A stretch of DNA of 62,992 nt, counting the filler, from Kipferlia bialata (Eukaryota): NCBI GenBank assembly GCA_003568945.1. It is 4 parts of 4 records of this genome, joined end to end, with 100 filler letters (N's around TTAATTAATTAA, not from the genome) between each part and the next. Parts side by side here need not be neighbours in the genome. Positions count along the whole stretch, not along the records: positions 1 to 19,358 come from BDIP01000427.1; positions 19,459 to 38,798 come from BDIP01000428.1; 2 more parts are not named here. One strand, written 5' to 3'. Position numbers and translations under genes: made by a program. Of the stretch, positions 12,107 to 23,570 are shown one piece after another (positions within the stretch are counted from its first letter, which is position 1; each line of letters starts with the position of its first letter). A model generated the notes under the pieces. The model was not told the DNA's origin, made no database searches, and saw nothing but the letters and a program-made list of their open reading frames with translations.

Positions 12107-14428
12107 TCAATCTACTCGACCAGTCCCACTGACTTGACCATTCTTGACTTCCATGTCAGCGAGGACACCTCTCTCACTGTTACGATTCCTGCTGTGGGTG
12201 ACTGCCTCAACGTCGACTGGGGTGACGGTGACGTGTCCGCCGGGTTGGTGCACACATACACTGAGCCTGGTACATACACCGTAACCATCCAAGGGCAGGT
12301 CGAGCGGCTCAAGTTCAACAACAACCTGACTCTCGTTAAGGTCGAGCAGCTGTGCACTGGCCTCAGAGAGTTATCCTTTGACGGATGCACCAACCTCAGG
12401 CGGGTTGGCAGCGACATTGATGTGAGCGGTCTCACCAACATGTCTCGCATGTTCCACCAGTGCGAGTCTCTATACGCAGCTGATATCTCCCTGTGGAACA
12501 CGACCAGTGTCACAGACATGTCTAGCATGTTCGCTGGGTGTTCCTCTCTCCTCCACCTTGACGTCTCTGGGTGGGACACCTCCAGTGTAACCGATATGTC
12601 GGACATGTTCCGCGACTGTTGGACTATCATGCATGTCGATGTATCCCACTGGGACACATCAAGAGTAAAGAGCATGGCTGGAATGTTTACAGACGCAAGC
12701 CGTGTCTTCGTCGATCCATCGACGTGGGATACTTCCAGTGTCACAGACATGTCCTACATGTTTAGTGAGTCCTCTGCGTCTATCCGTGTGGACTTTACTC
12801 ACTGGGACACGTCGAGTGTAGTGAGTATGGTGGGCATGTTCAGTAATGCGCAGGCTGATCACCTTGACCTCTCGAGCTGGAACACCACCAGGGTCACTGA
12901 CATGAGTGGGATGTTCTCTGGCTGCAAGTCGCTAGTGACGCTCGATGCATCTGGTTGGGACACATCGAGTGTGCTGAACATGGACCGGATGTTCTCAGAC
13001 TGCCACGAGATCTTTAGCGCGGGTATATCTGGCTGGAACACCTCCAGTGTCACTTCCATGTCGTACATGTTCTATAACTGTGCTCGCATCAGAGACCTAG
13101 CCTTCTTGGCCAACTGGGACATGTCGAGTGTTACAGATATGTCTTACATGTTTGCCGGCAACAATTTCACTGAGTTGACTGTCCCCGGCTGGGACACATC
13201 CAGTGTCACCAACATGAGTGGAATGTTCATATCACCCTACCTAACAAGTGTCGACCTCTCCCTCCTCGATGTGTCCAGTGTCGCTGACATGAGTAATATG
13301 TTTGGCAGCTGCGTCAGTCTCACCAGTGTCAATCTCACCTCCTGGGAGACATCGAGTGTGACTGATATGTCTTACATGTTCTACTCGTGTAAGGTGCTGA
13401 CAGAACTTGACGTCTCTTCCTGGGACACATCGAGTGTAACTGACATGTCTCACATGTTTGAGTCGTGTCCAGTTCTAACAGATCTCGATGTCTCTGAGTG
13501 GGACACATCGAGTGTAACTGACATTTCATACATGTTCACTGAGTGTTACGACCTCTCGCCAGAGGTCTCCGGCTGGGATACGTCCAGTGTGACGGATATG
13601 AGTAGTTTGTTCTCCTGCTGCACGTCAATCACAGCCACAAGTATCGATGTATCCCACTGGGATACCTCAAGTGTCACTAACATGTCCCACATGTTCGAAA
13701 ACTGTAATAATCTCACTGGTCTAGACCTCTCCCTGTGGGAAACGTCTAGTGTGACAGACATGTCTGGCATGTTCCTATCTTCCGCCGCGATGGCACTCAC
13801 CTCTGTCGACGTCTCCACTTGGGACACATCCAGTCTGACTACAATGAGTGAGATGTTCTACAACTGTCGATCTCTGACCACCGTCGATGTCGCCCTTTGG
13901 GACACATCGAGTGTGACCGACATGTCACACATGTTCTACAAGTGTCACTCACTCAGCGGTCTCTCTGTTTCTGGTTGGGATACGTCCAGTGTCACTGACG
14001 TGTCAAACATGTTCTACGAGTGTTACCGCCTCGCCACTCTCGACGTCTCCGGATGGGATACGTCCAGCGTCTCTGATATGTCTTGGATGTTCCACGAGTG
14101 CGAGTCCATCCCATACCTCGACGTGTCACACTGGAACACATCAAGTGTTACTGATATGACAGCCATGTTCCAGTACTGTCACTTCAGCGAACTAGACGTG
14201 TCGCGTTGGGACACATCCAGTGTGGAGAGCATGTTTAACACGTTCAACGACTGCGAGTCTCTCACAGCACTCGATGTCTCGTCTTGGGACACATCTCGTG
14301 TGACAGACATGAACGAGATGTTCTATGACTGCTACGCTCTCTCCAACCTCGACTTGTCTGGATGGGATATGGACCAGACATACACCCACGATATGTGTTA
14401 CAACTGCCCAGGGTGTGATGTAATGTAA
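12107..14428 (+). CDS. Surface protein: PKD-like N-terminal domain plus about 25 copies of the bacterial 25-28 aa surface repeat (DUF285 / BspA-like LRR), single long exon
   Basis: VDWGDG...HTYTEPGTYTVTI followed by a tandem LDVSxWDTSSVTDMSxMFxxC repeat. A splice acceptor (cttaccctccag) lies at 12106, in frame with the 764-aa ORF. Confidence 0.9.
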   Translation, partial: SIYSTSPTDLTILDFHVSEDTSLTVTIPAVGDCLNVDWGDGDVSAGLVHTYTEPGTYTVTIQGQVERLKFNNNLTLVKVEQLCTGLRELSFDGCTNLRRVGSDIDVSGLTNMSRMFHQCESLYAADISLWNTTSVTDMSSMFAGCSSLLHLDVSGWDTSSVTDMSDMFRDCWTIMHVDVSHWDTSRVKSMAGMFTDASRVFVDPSTWDTSSVTDMSYMFSESSASIRVDFTHWDTSSVVSMVGMFSNAQADHLDLSSWNTTRVTDMSGMFSGCKSLVTLDASGWDTSSVLNMDRMFSDCHEIFSAGISGWNTSSVTSMSYMFYNCARIRDLAFLANWDMSSVTDMSYMFAGNNFTELTVPGWDTSSVTNMSGMFISPYLTSVDLSLLDVSSVADMSNMFGSCVSLTSVNLTSWETSSVTDMSYMFYSCKVLTELDVSSWDTSSVTDMSHMFESCPVLTDLDVSEWDTSSVTDISYMFTECYDLSPEVSGWDTSSVTDMSSLFSCCTSITATSIDVSHWDTSSVTNMSHMFENCNNLTGLDLSLWETSSVTDMSGMFLSSAAMALTSVDVSTWDTSSLTTMSEMFYNCRSLTTVDVALWDTSSVTDMSHMFYKCHSLSGLSVSGWDTSSVTDVSNMFYECYRLATLDVSGWDTSSVSDMSWMFHECESIPYLDVSHWNTSSVTDMTAMFQYCHFSELDVSRWDTSSVESMFNTFNDCESLTALDVSSWDTSRVTDMNEMFYDCYALSNLDLSGWDMDQTYTHDMCYNCPGCDVM

Positions 14429-15177
14429 TCTGTGTATATATGTGTGATATCCACAATGGCCTTCTCCATCTCTCAGTACCTCTGAGAATAGATATTCTGA
14501 AGTCGACTTTCCAGCATCAGTCTCTATATATATGTTACCGCGCTGTGTCCAGTGTGGCCTCTGTTGGTGGCTAGTATTGGACTAGTATAGGCCCTATACT
14601 CTAGCGTGACCATACGCACCCTTAAACTGTTCATACCTAAGTGAGGCATCTTCAAGTAGTCCAAATGCTTGGTACATAATCTAATCAAATAATTAATACA
14701 TATGCATGATTCATGAAGACACACATACATATATACTAGGACTCATACCCGGTACATGCATCGCATTTGCAGGTCCTGACGCCCCCTGGACTGTGAACAC
14801 ATGCCCGTGTAATATACGTCAACACAAATTTGTACACACTAGACTACTCCACTATACCTCTGCTAAAGTCCAGCCATCGGAAATGCCCCTGACCCCTTGG
14901 TTCAACCAGGCAAAAACTAGGTATATCATATATATATATCATCATTTAGTTCCATCTCTGAGCTCTGTTGTGGATCATTCCTGGTAATGTACCATAACAG
15001 CCCAACCATGTCCCCCATCAAGAATTAGGCTTTTCGTGTCACGTCACGTTAAGACGACCAACTAAGTGGATTCATAGAGGATATACATATAGTAGTACTG
15101 AATCAGTGCTGTTACTGATGGACACTCCGAGTCAAGGTTCGCCACGTCATTCGATCTCTCTATTCTATCCTCAGACT

Positions 15178-16860
15178 CTACATCGTAAACACTCCAGAGC
15201 GGCTTAGAGACAGTGTAGCATCCTGACGTGAGGTATGAACAGTACCAATGATACTGTACCATTGTAACACACACACTGTCAGTAGTGGATGGCAAATTAT
15301 CAGTATCAATGTCAGCATCATATTGCTACACATACAGCAGCGTTCCATTACCTGGTACACATCTGCCCTGCCTCCCTGCCTCTTCTCTCCCTGCCTTGTC
15401 TCTCCCTCCCCCTCAGTGGTTATGTCTTCAACCTCACTCTTCTCTGCCAACAGGGGTGCCCTCACATCCTCAGGCAACTGTGTCTTCTCAACCTCGTATG
15501 AAAGCTTAGGTAAGTTAAAGTAGTAAAGGCTCAAGAACCATTGAATATACAGGTGTTGCTGGTATCAAATTGCATATGATTTGAGCTGGGAGCTAGGCAG
15601 CGTCACCTTGAGAAGCAGTGCGGGTAAGGTACAGTACACTGCTGTGGGTAGAATGGCACATAGCCACAGGACAGCTGTTCTGTCGAGGAAGCTGGCAATC
15701 ATAGCGGTGCCTAAGCATCAGTACACAGTGTACACACTTCAAGCCGTACAGTTTACAGAATACATATACATGTGCGACACTGTTTCTGTGGTATAGCGCT
15801 ATGCAGCGAATGACCGTTGAATGTTATGGCACACTCACCAAAGAGTCCATAGAAGATCATGGTGAACCCCAGGACATTGGCACTGGGTTAGACGTCGGAG
15901 AGAGATGAGATTCGAGTAGGAAAGGTTGGATCTAGCCAGCTGCAGACTCACCTCTTCAACCAAGTCTTGTGCCTAGAGTAGAGTCTGGGGTACTCCCGGC
16001 AGAAGTCCTCATCGAGCTGGTGTGAGAGACGACATGTTGTACCAGATAGCTGTACTCTCAATGTGGTATATCGTGTATGCTCAGAGCTTGAAACCATTGG
16101 GTGATGAGAGATGGATTATCACCATGTGTGTATGGTATATATACAATATGGACATACGCTCTGTGTCACTGCCATCATCAGTGACAACTGTACAGACTTG
16201 GTATATAGTGTAGTGTGACACATACCTAATGAATCATTATTAATGATGCCTATAATAACGGGTAGTATACTATATCACTACTCACGCTCTGTGTCACAGC
16301 CATCATCTGAGTCAGCAGCACAAACAGTGCATACAGGGTTGATGTGACAGCGGCGAGTGCAGTCCTGTCTCCATCCACTACCCCTCCCTGACCCCAGCCT
16401 AGGACTAGGTAGGGCAGGGTGTAGAGGCAGGCACAGAGGGAAAGGACAATGGCAGACTGAGTAGTGAGATATACATCAAGTGGGATCAGTATACATGAAC
16501 TATTGCACACAAATGTATAGTACATTATATAGTGACTATATATATATTGAGGAAGCTGACGTGGGCAGACTGAGAGGTCAGTTGGAGGAAGAGACACTCT
16601 CTACCCTACTGTGTTATCTGGCATGGTGTGGGTACATACCCTTCTGAGCTGCCTCGTGTCATTCCCTGCAGATGCACTGTACCCAATGTGGTACCTCCAC
16701 TTAGACTGTAGACGTGTTATGAACTCTCCAGCGGCCTAGGGGTCAGTGCGGTAAGCGTGACTGCCATACCACAAATGAATACTCCTCTATCAGTGATAGA
16801 GTCTATCACGCTACTCTACCATACCTTTGAGTCACTGCTGGAGTAGCTGTAGGAGGACAT
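15178..16860 (-). CDS. Multi-pass membrane protein of unknown function (about 8 exons, about 4 TM segments)
   Basis: ATG at 16860 (MSSYSYSSSDSK). In-frame exons include SAIVLSLCACLYTLPYLVLGW, ALAAVTSTLYALFVLLTQMM, NVLGFTMIFYGLFGTAMIASF and VLWLCAILPTAVYCTLPALLLK, then an acidic tail and TAG at 15178. Confidence 0.7.
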
Positions 16861-17210
16861 GGGTAGAAAGGGACGAATATGCTGGCTGGTAACCATCAGT
16901 GGTGCTCAACAGTTTCACCACTGTAGCCTATACCGTACACGTTTGACACCATCTATGTAACTGTAGATCCCAAACGACACTGTAACACACCACCTGTATC
17001 TATTCATTGCTTGTCAACTACTAATCAGGTTAATACTGTACTTATACATGGCAACTATCTGCAGTCTCTAAAGTAAACTATACGTTCCTTCACGAAGCTA
17101 ATGCTCTCTAACCGTTGGTACTACTGTGTAGTCAGAGCACATATGGAACACAGAGAACCCTACTATGATATACACTAGTGGAGGCTCCCTTTGCTAAGGA
17201 AACACCAGTC

Positions 17211-18141
17211 TCACACCATGTCTTCTTGGGTAACTGCCTCTCTGTCTCTCTCCTGGGTCTCAGCTGGAGTCTCTGTCTCTCCCTCTCCCTCGTCAGCCTC
17301 TGTCTGACCCCTTTCTTTTTTGCCAGTCTTGACAGGCACTCTGGCGAAGCCAAGGACGTAGCCTGGGTGAGTATAATAAGGGTGAAAGTAGGTATATCGG
17401 TTTGGATACATATTCTACCACTGTAGCAGCCGCACCTGTGAACATTGAGCTCATGAACACCAGGGCCATGATGGCACCGGCACCAACAAGCACGGTGGAG
17501 GCACCTGAAAAATTAGGGGTATATACATATATATATATATACTGAGAGAGGGAGACCCTGCGAGAGAGCATTCAGATAGGGAGATACTAACTGACCAAGT
17601 CATCGGGTATACATGTGGAACTGTACCTAGAGGTATACATATATATAGAGAGAGAATGAGGATCCAGGTGTCACCGTACCTAGCGGGAACAAGAACCCGG
17701 TTGCGATGGGACAATGTGTATATACATATATCATATATATATAGAGAGAGAGGGAGAGTACCTAGAGGGAACAGGAACCCAGTTGCCGCATAGGAGAGGG
17801 GCTCGAGACCCACCCAGCACATCATGAGGGCACCTGAGGGGTAAGATATAATATACTAATATATAGAGTTAATACAGTAGAGAGAGAGAGAGAGAGAGAC
17901 CCACCCAACACATCATGAGGGCATCAGTATACACTCAAATAATGACTGTTCCCTACCTCCCCTCCCCCCTCTCTCTCTCTACATAGGTACACTTATCAAT
18001 ATACATACACTCACCCATGACTGTGCCCATCCCCCCCTCCGGTGCATGTCCCTGGAAGAATGTCATGATGAGGGGCATAGAAGCACCATCGATCACGCCC
18101 TGAGCATAAGGTATCTGTATAGAGATAGATAGAGAGAGGTC

Positions 18142-18178
<37 letters not shown>

Positions 18179-18481
18179 TATGGTGAGGGGCATGGATGCT
18201 CTACACAACCCACCATGATGCCGGATGGCAGGATCATCTGACACACATATGGTATATGGGTATGTAATAACTATACGTATTACTGTATACATATGTATCA
18301 TATATACACTATGTATACACTCCATGTATATATATAAATGTATATATATATTAATTCTCCACTCACCATGATACCGGATGTCAGTATCATCTCCCACACA
18401 TATTGTATAGAGGTATGTAACAAGTATATGCTATACTCTGTATACATATGTATCATATATACACTCTGTATACACTCCATG

Positions 18482-18513
<32 letters not shown>

Positions 18514-18738
18514 CACTCACCATGATGCCGGATGTCAGGATCATCTCCCACACCAGGGGTGCCAGACCAAAGGCAATGAGACCCAGGCAGTAGGACAGGG
18601 TCATACTGGGAGTAAGCAAATAACATAGAGAGGAAGATATATATATATATATACATATAGGGAGAAAAAGAGAGATGCTATGAGACCCAGGCAGTAGGAC
18701 AGGGTCATTCTAGAGGTAAGGAGAGAGAGGTTACATAG

Positions 18739-18789
<51 letters not shown>

Positions 18790-19298
18790 ATGAGGCCCTG
18801 GGAGTAGGACAGGGTCATGCTGGGAGTGAGAGAGATACAAATGACAGAGGGAGGAAGATATATATATATAGACGGATATATATACATATACATCAGCATG
18901 CACCCACCCGATGACCAGTGCTATGATGCGTGAGTCCTTGACCCCCTCCCCAGAGACCATGGCCCATATGCCACCCACCATGGAGAACAGACCATAGGCA
19001 GATACCTACTGTAAGTAGTTAGAACATATACACAATATATATATGTGGTTATACACTGTATATCGAAACACACATATGGAGAACAGGCCATAGGCAGAGA
19101 CCTCGGATGAGACAATATGTGATATGTATGCATATATAGGATATGTGTTTTACAAAATGGAGTACATATACTGAATTGCATATATTGAACTCACCAGTCT
19201 ACCATAGTCAAGTGCGTCTCCTCCAATCTCCTTCTTGATCCTGTATGGCACACCCACAAAGAAGGGGCCGGAGAACACAAAGTTCTGGACGCACATGG
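17211..19298 (-). CDS. MFS-type transporter, C-terminal half (5' part beyond contig end)
   Basis: Spliced translation MCVQNFVFSGPFFVGVPYRIKKEIGGDALDYGRL-VSAYGLFSMVGGIWAMVSG...QGHAPEGGMGTVMGALMMCWVGLEPLSYAATGFL...GASTVLVGAGAIMALVF. About 6 TM helices with an MFS TM10-11 loop-like motif. Confidence 0.75.
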
Positions 19299-19306
19299 CT
19301 GACGTC

Positions 19307-19358
<52 letters not shown>

Positions 19359-19458
19359 NNNNNNNNNNNNNNNNNNNNNNNNNNNNNNNNNNNNNNNNNN
19401 NNTTAATTAATTAANNNNNNNNNNNNNNNNNNNNNNNNNNNNNNNNNNNNNNNNNNNN
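19359..19458. other. Artificial contig spacer (44 N + TTAATTAATTAA + 44 N)
   Basis: Six-frame-stop linker at 19403-19414. The same 100-nt construct occurs at 38799 and 58235. Confidence 0.98.
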
Positions 19459-19613
19459 GGACAGAGAGTGGCAGTGTCATGATTCTATGTATAATCCCCC
19501 CCCCCCCCTTACATCCATGTCTTTCCCATACTATATATACTATATACTATATACTTTTCCATATTCATTTCCCCCCCCCCCCCTCTTTGCCCCTCAGGTC
19601 TGCTCTCTCTCTC

Positions 19614-19644
<31 letters not shown>

Positions 19645-19944
19645 ACCCCTTTCCCTTTCGCTTATACTTATGTAGATATTCCCATTGTCAATCCACAGTG
19701 TGTACTCTCTCCCTGTCTCTATTCATCCTGAACTGTGCTTGTTGATATATACCCCCAGCTGTGCACCTGTCCAACCGATATCTCTCTCCCACTTCTTCCA
19801 TGAGACACACACGTATATGTATACATGTTTGTGTTTCTTAACCCCAGCTGTGCACCTGTCCATCCACAAGCACAGTGTACTATCTCTGTCTCTCTCTCTC
19901 TCTCTCTCTTAGTTCATATATGTATATATACCCTTAACCCCCAG

Positions 19945-20145
19945 CTGTGCACCTGTCCATCTACAAGCACAGTGTGTACTCTATCAGCCCACCCCTCCTG
20001 TCAGTGTCCCTGGCCAATGTCCCACTATGCACAGGTATATATACACACACACATAAGTATAGTGATATAGTTATTTGTATATGATATACTAATACTACTC
20101 CTGTCAGTATCACTGGCCAATGTCCCACTGTGCACAGGTATATAT

Positions 20146-20192
<47 letters not shown>

Positions 20193-21597
20193 GATGATAT
20201 AGATTCCGTATATGATATACCAATACGACTCCTGTCAGTGTCCCTGGCCAATGTCCCAGTGCACAGGTGTATAAGTGTATATATATATATACATAACGAT
20301 GCGCTGCAGAGCAGGATATTCAAGATGGATCATTTACTCGCAATGCACCCCCCCCCCCCATTCCACTTCCGCTGTAATGTCTTTATACATATTTGTATAC
20401 AATGAGGATTGCATTTCCGCTAATGTTATCTGACCCAACTGCTTCGTAAACTTTTAATTAGAATAATTCAAAGAAGCTAGATGAATGAGTATATATAGCA
20501 CAGTAATGCATACTCACTCAGGTGCCTGTGTGCGCATGGGTGGCGAGAGGTGCCTGGTACAGGAGGTGGTGCCAACCAACTCTACCCCTGCACTAAGCGC
20601 TTCTACCCCTCGTGTCCATGTTGTGTCCCTCTCCAGTGACACCCCCACTGACATTGTGGTGCATCCCTCTGAGGCACCGGTGTCAAGACCATGTGTGGTT
20701 AGAGTGCCTAGGGGTGAGAAGGTTTCTATAGGAACTAAGGGTAGTAAGGGGACTATGGGTACTATGTCCTATGTGGGTCCCCCCTCTCACTTGACTGCCC
20801 TGACTGAGTTACTCACAATGGGTGTCACTAGACCAGGGGAGGCTATAGATGCAGGTACCCCAAGAGCAGATGTGCATGAAGTATATACTAATCATTATAT
20901 ACTAATCATTATATAAGCATTCACCCCCAGGCGCTCTAGTCTATGGCCCCGATCGATGCATGAATTCGAATATTATTATATCATAATAGTACTCTATATA
21001 TATTCACTTCTAGGCGCCCTTGTGTATGGCCCCGAGGGTACAGGTCGCAAGACCCTCATCAAGTCAGCATGTGCAGAGTGTGGGTACAGTGTACATGAAG
21101 TCACACCAGCAGAGCTAGGAAGCAGCAGTGGTACGTATATATTGTGATGATGGAGATGTTCTTTTCTCTCTCTCCTTATTTTCTCTTCCTTTTATGTCAT
21201 TCTTCTCTTCGCATCTCTCCCCTCTCCCACCCTTTCTCTTATCCCTCAGGTCTTGGTGACGTTGAGGCCGCTGTTCTGGCAAAGGTGGGAATAATAGTGA
21301 TTGGGTGTTTATGTTATATATTATTTGTTTCCATACCTCCCAGTACATATTCAATGCACTGTTCGATAGTGACACCTCTGCCCCTCCCTCTCTACTATTT
21401 TGTGCGTATATCTACCCTCATCATCAGGTTAATAGTGTATGTGATGCAGCTGTCACTCCAACTGTCCTGTTGATCCATGACATCCACACCCTGTGTCCAT
21501 CTGAGGGGGCAAGGGGAGTAGGAGCCGTATCTGGTGTGCGCCTAACATCTGTATTGTGTCAGGTACGATATATTTAATATATATTCATACATACATC

Positions 21598-21629
<32 letters not shown>

Positions 21630-22718
21630 GAATTATACCCTGTGTCCCTCTGAGGGGGCAAGGGGGGTGGGGGCAGTGTCTGGTGTTCGCTTGACATCAG
21701 TTATATGCCAGGTATGAGATGACATTCATATATACGTATATACATGTATATATACATATGCAGTGTGTCCATTGGAGAGCAAGTGGGAGGTCGGGATTAT
21801 TGTTTGATATGTAGAGCTTCTATAGTAATTTTGTGTGTTTGTCCGTTTCCCTACTCTAGGCGCTGGACACTGTCAGGACCCGTTCCTCCTCAATCATGCA
21901 TATATATATATTTGTTTTATGTATTATGTCCATTTGTTGAGCTGTTATTAATGCTAGGCCTTGGACACTGTCCGTACCCGTTCCTCCTCCATCAGGGCCA
22001 AGACCCTTGAGGCAGGGGGCACAGTGGTACTCTCAGCTGCACCTGTCATTGTCATGGCTACAGCAGGTGTGTATACAATACATGTATATACTTATACATT
22101 GGAGTATATGTGTGTGGGACATCTTCATACTACATTTCATATGTATACTGGGATTGTTCTTGACCCTCACCCACAGGTGGAGAGACTGACGTGGCACAGG
22201 GGGTGTACAGGCCTGGAAGGTATATACATATTTAATATCATGTATATATTAGTGTAAATGTAGTAGATGTATACATATCTATGGGGTGAGACTGACGTGG
22301 CACAGGGGGTGTACAGGCCTGGAAGGTGAGGTCTTTCTCTCTGTGTACTTTCTTCTTCTCTCTCTACTAATTGCGATATCTTTACCCCTAGGCTAGGTGT
22401 GAGGATTGGCACTGCCAGCCCTTCAGTCATCGAGAGAGAGGCCATTCTGAGACAGGTATATATATAAACACTTACACATTGATACCGAAGACATTAAGGG
22501 AGAGAGATGGGTGATACTAGTCGTAGTGGCTATTCTGATCTGTGTTGAATGTGAGTGTGTCCGCAGTGTCCATTAATACTCTACTGTATCTAACTTAATG
22601 CACTACTATATATACTGTCCATTAATCACAGGTCTGGTCCAATGTGTCCAGTGACACAGATGCAGTCATCAGAGAGACAGCAGCTAGGTACCTGCCTTGA
22701 ACATATATATATATATAC

Positions 22719-22756
<38 letters not shown>

Positions 22757-23538
22757 TTTTCACGTAGTAATGTAGTAATATTCAATATATACGATATTAA
22801 TTCATACTGTGTATTCTGCATCCACCCTCTTAACACGCAGGACCTCTTTCTTCAGTGGGGCTGACCTAGTTGGCTTTGCATTATTGTGTATATGTACTGT
22901 ATATATATAGGGACTATCCTACCTCCCCTTATTTCAAGAGTATTCTAAATATTCTTATAGATAGGACATCCGGCTTCAGTGGGGCTGACCTTGTTGGCCT
23001 AGTGGCCTCATGCCCATCGGACCCCATGTCTGCACTGGGAAGAGTTAGGCCAAGTCTCATTAGACAGGTACTATACATTTGTATATTTAGGTATATGACT
23101 GTCAGACCGAGTGGGGTGAGTGAGACCATTATTGATTATTCGTGATATCATATACCCTACACTTATCTCAGGTTGTTCTGGTCGAGCCACAACAGGATGC
23201 ATACATACCAGGGTACGAGATACCTGTAGACACCGCCGCATATATATATATATATATATACGAACTATTTCATCATATGCTCTGTGTGTGTATGTATCAT
23301 ACCACTAACCACCAGCCCCTCCTATGACAGAGTCAGACAGCACCTGGAACTGCTGCTGGACCCTTCTGTGTTTGAGGTACCCTCTCTCTCTCTCTCTCTC
23401 TATATATATATGTATACTGACTCTAGGCCTTTGGATTTGAGGTAACTATCTATCTATATATTACTCATACATATGCTGCATGTGTATGCTTTATGCAGTA
23501 TTATCTCCTGGACCCATCTGTCTTTGAGGTATCCTTAC

Positions 23539-23570
<32 letters not shown>

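Noticed and set aside
12112..13827. Antisense ORFs over the DUF285 gene (and over the 1171-aa and OFCC1-like exons)
   Set aside because: Shadow ORFs produced by repetitive or GC-rich coding sequence on the other strand.
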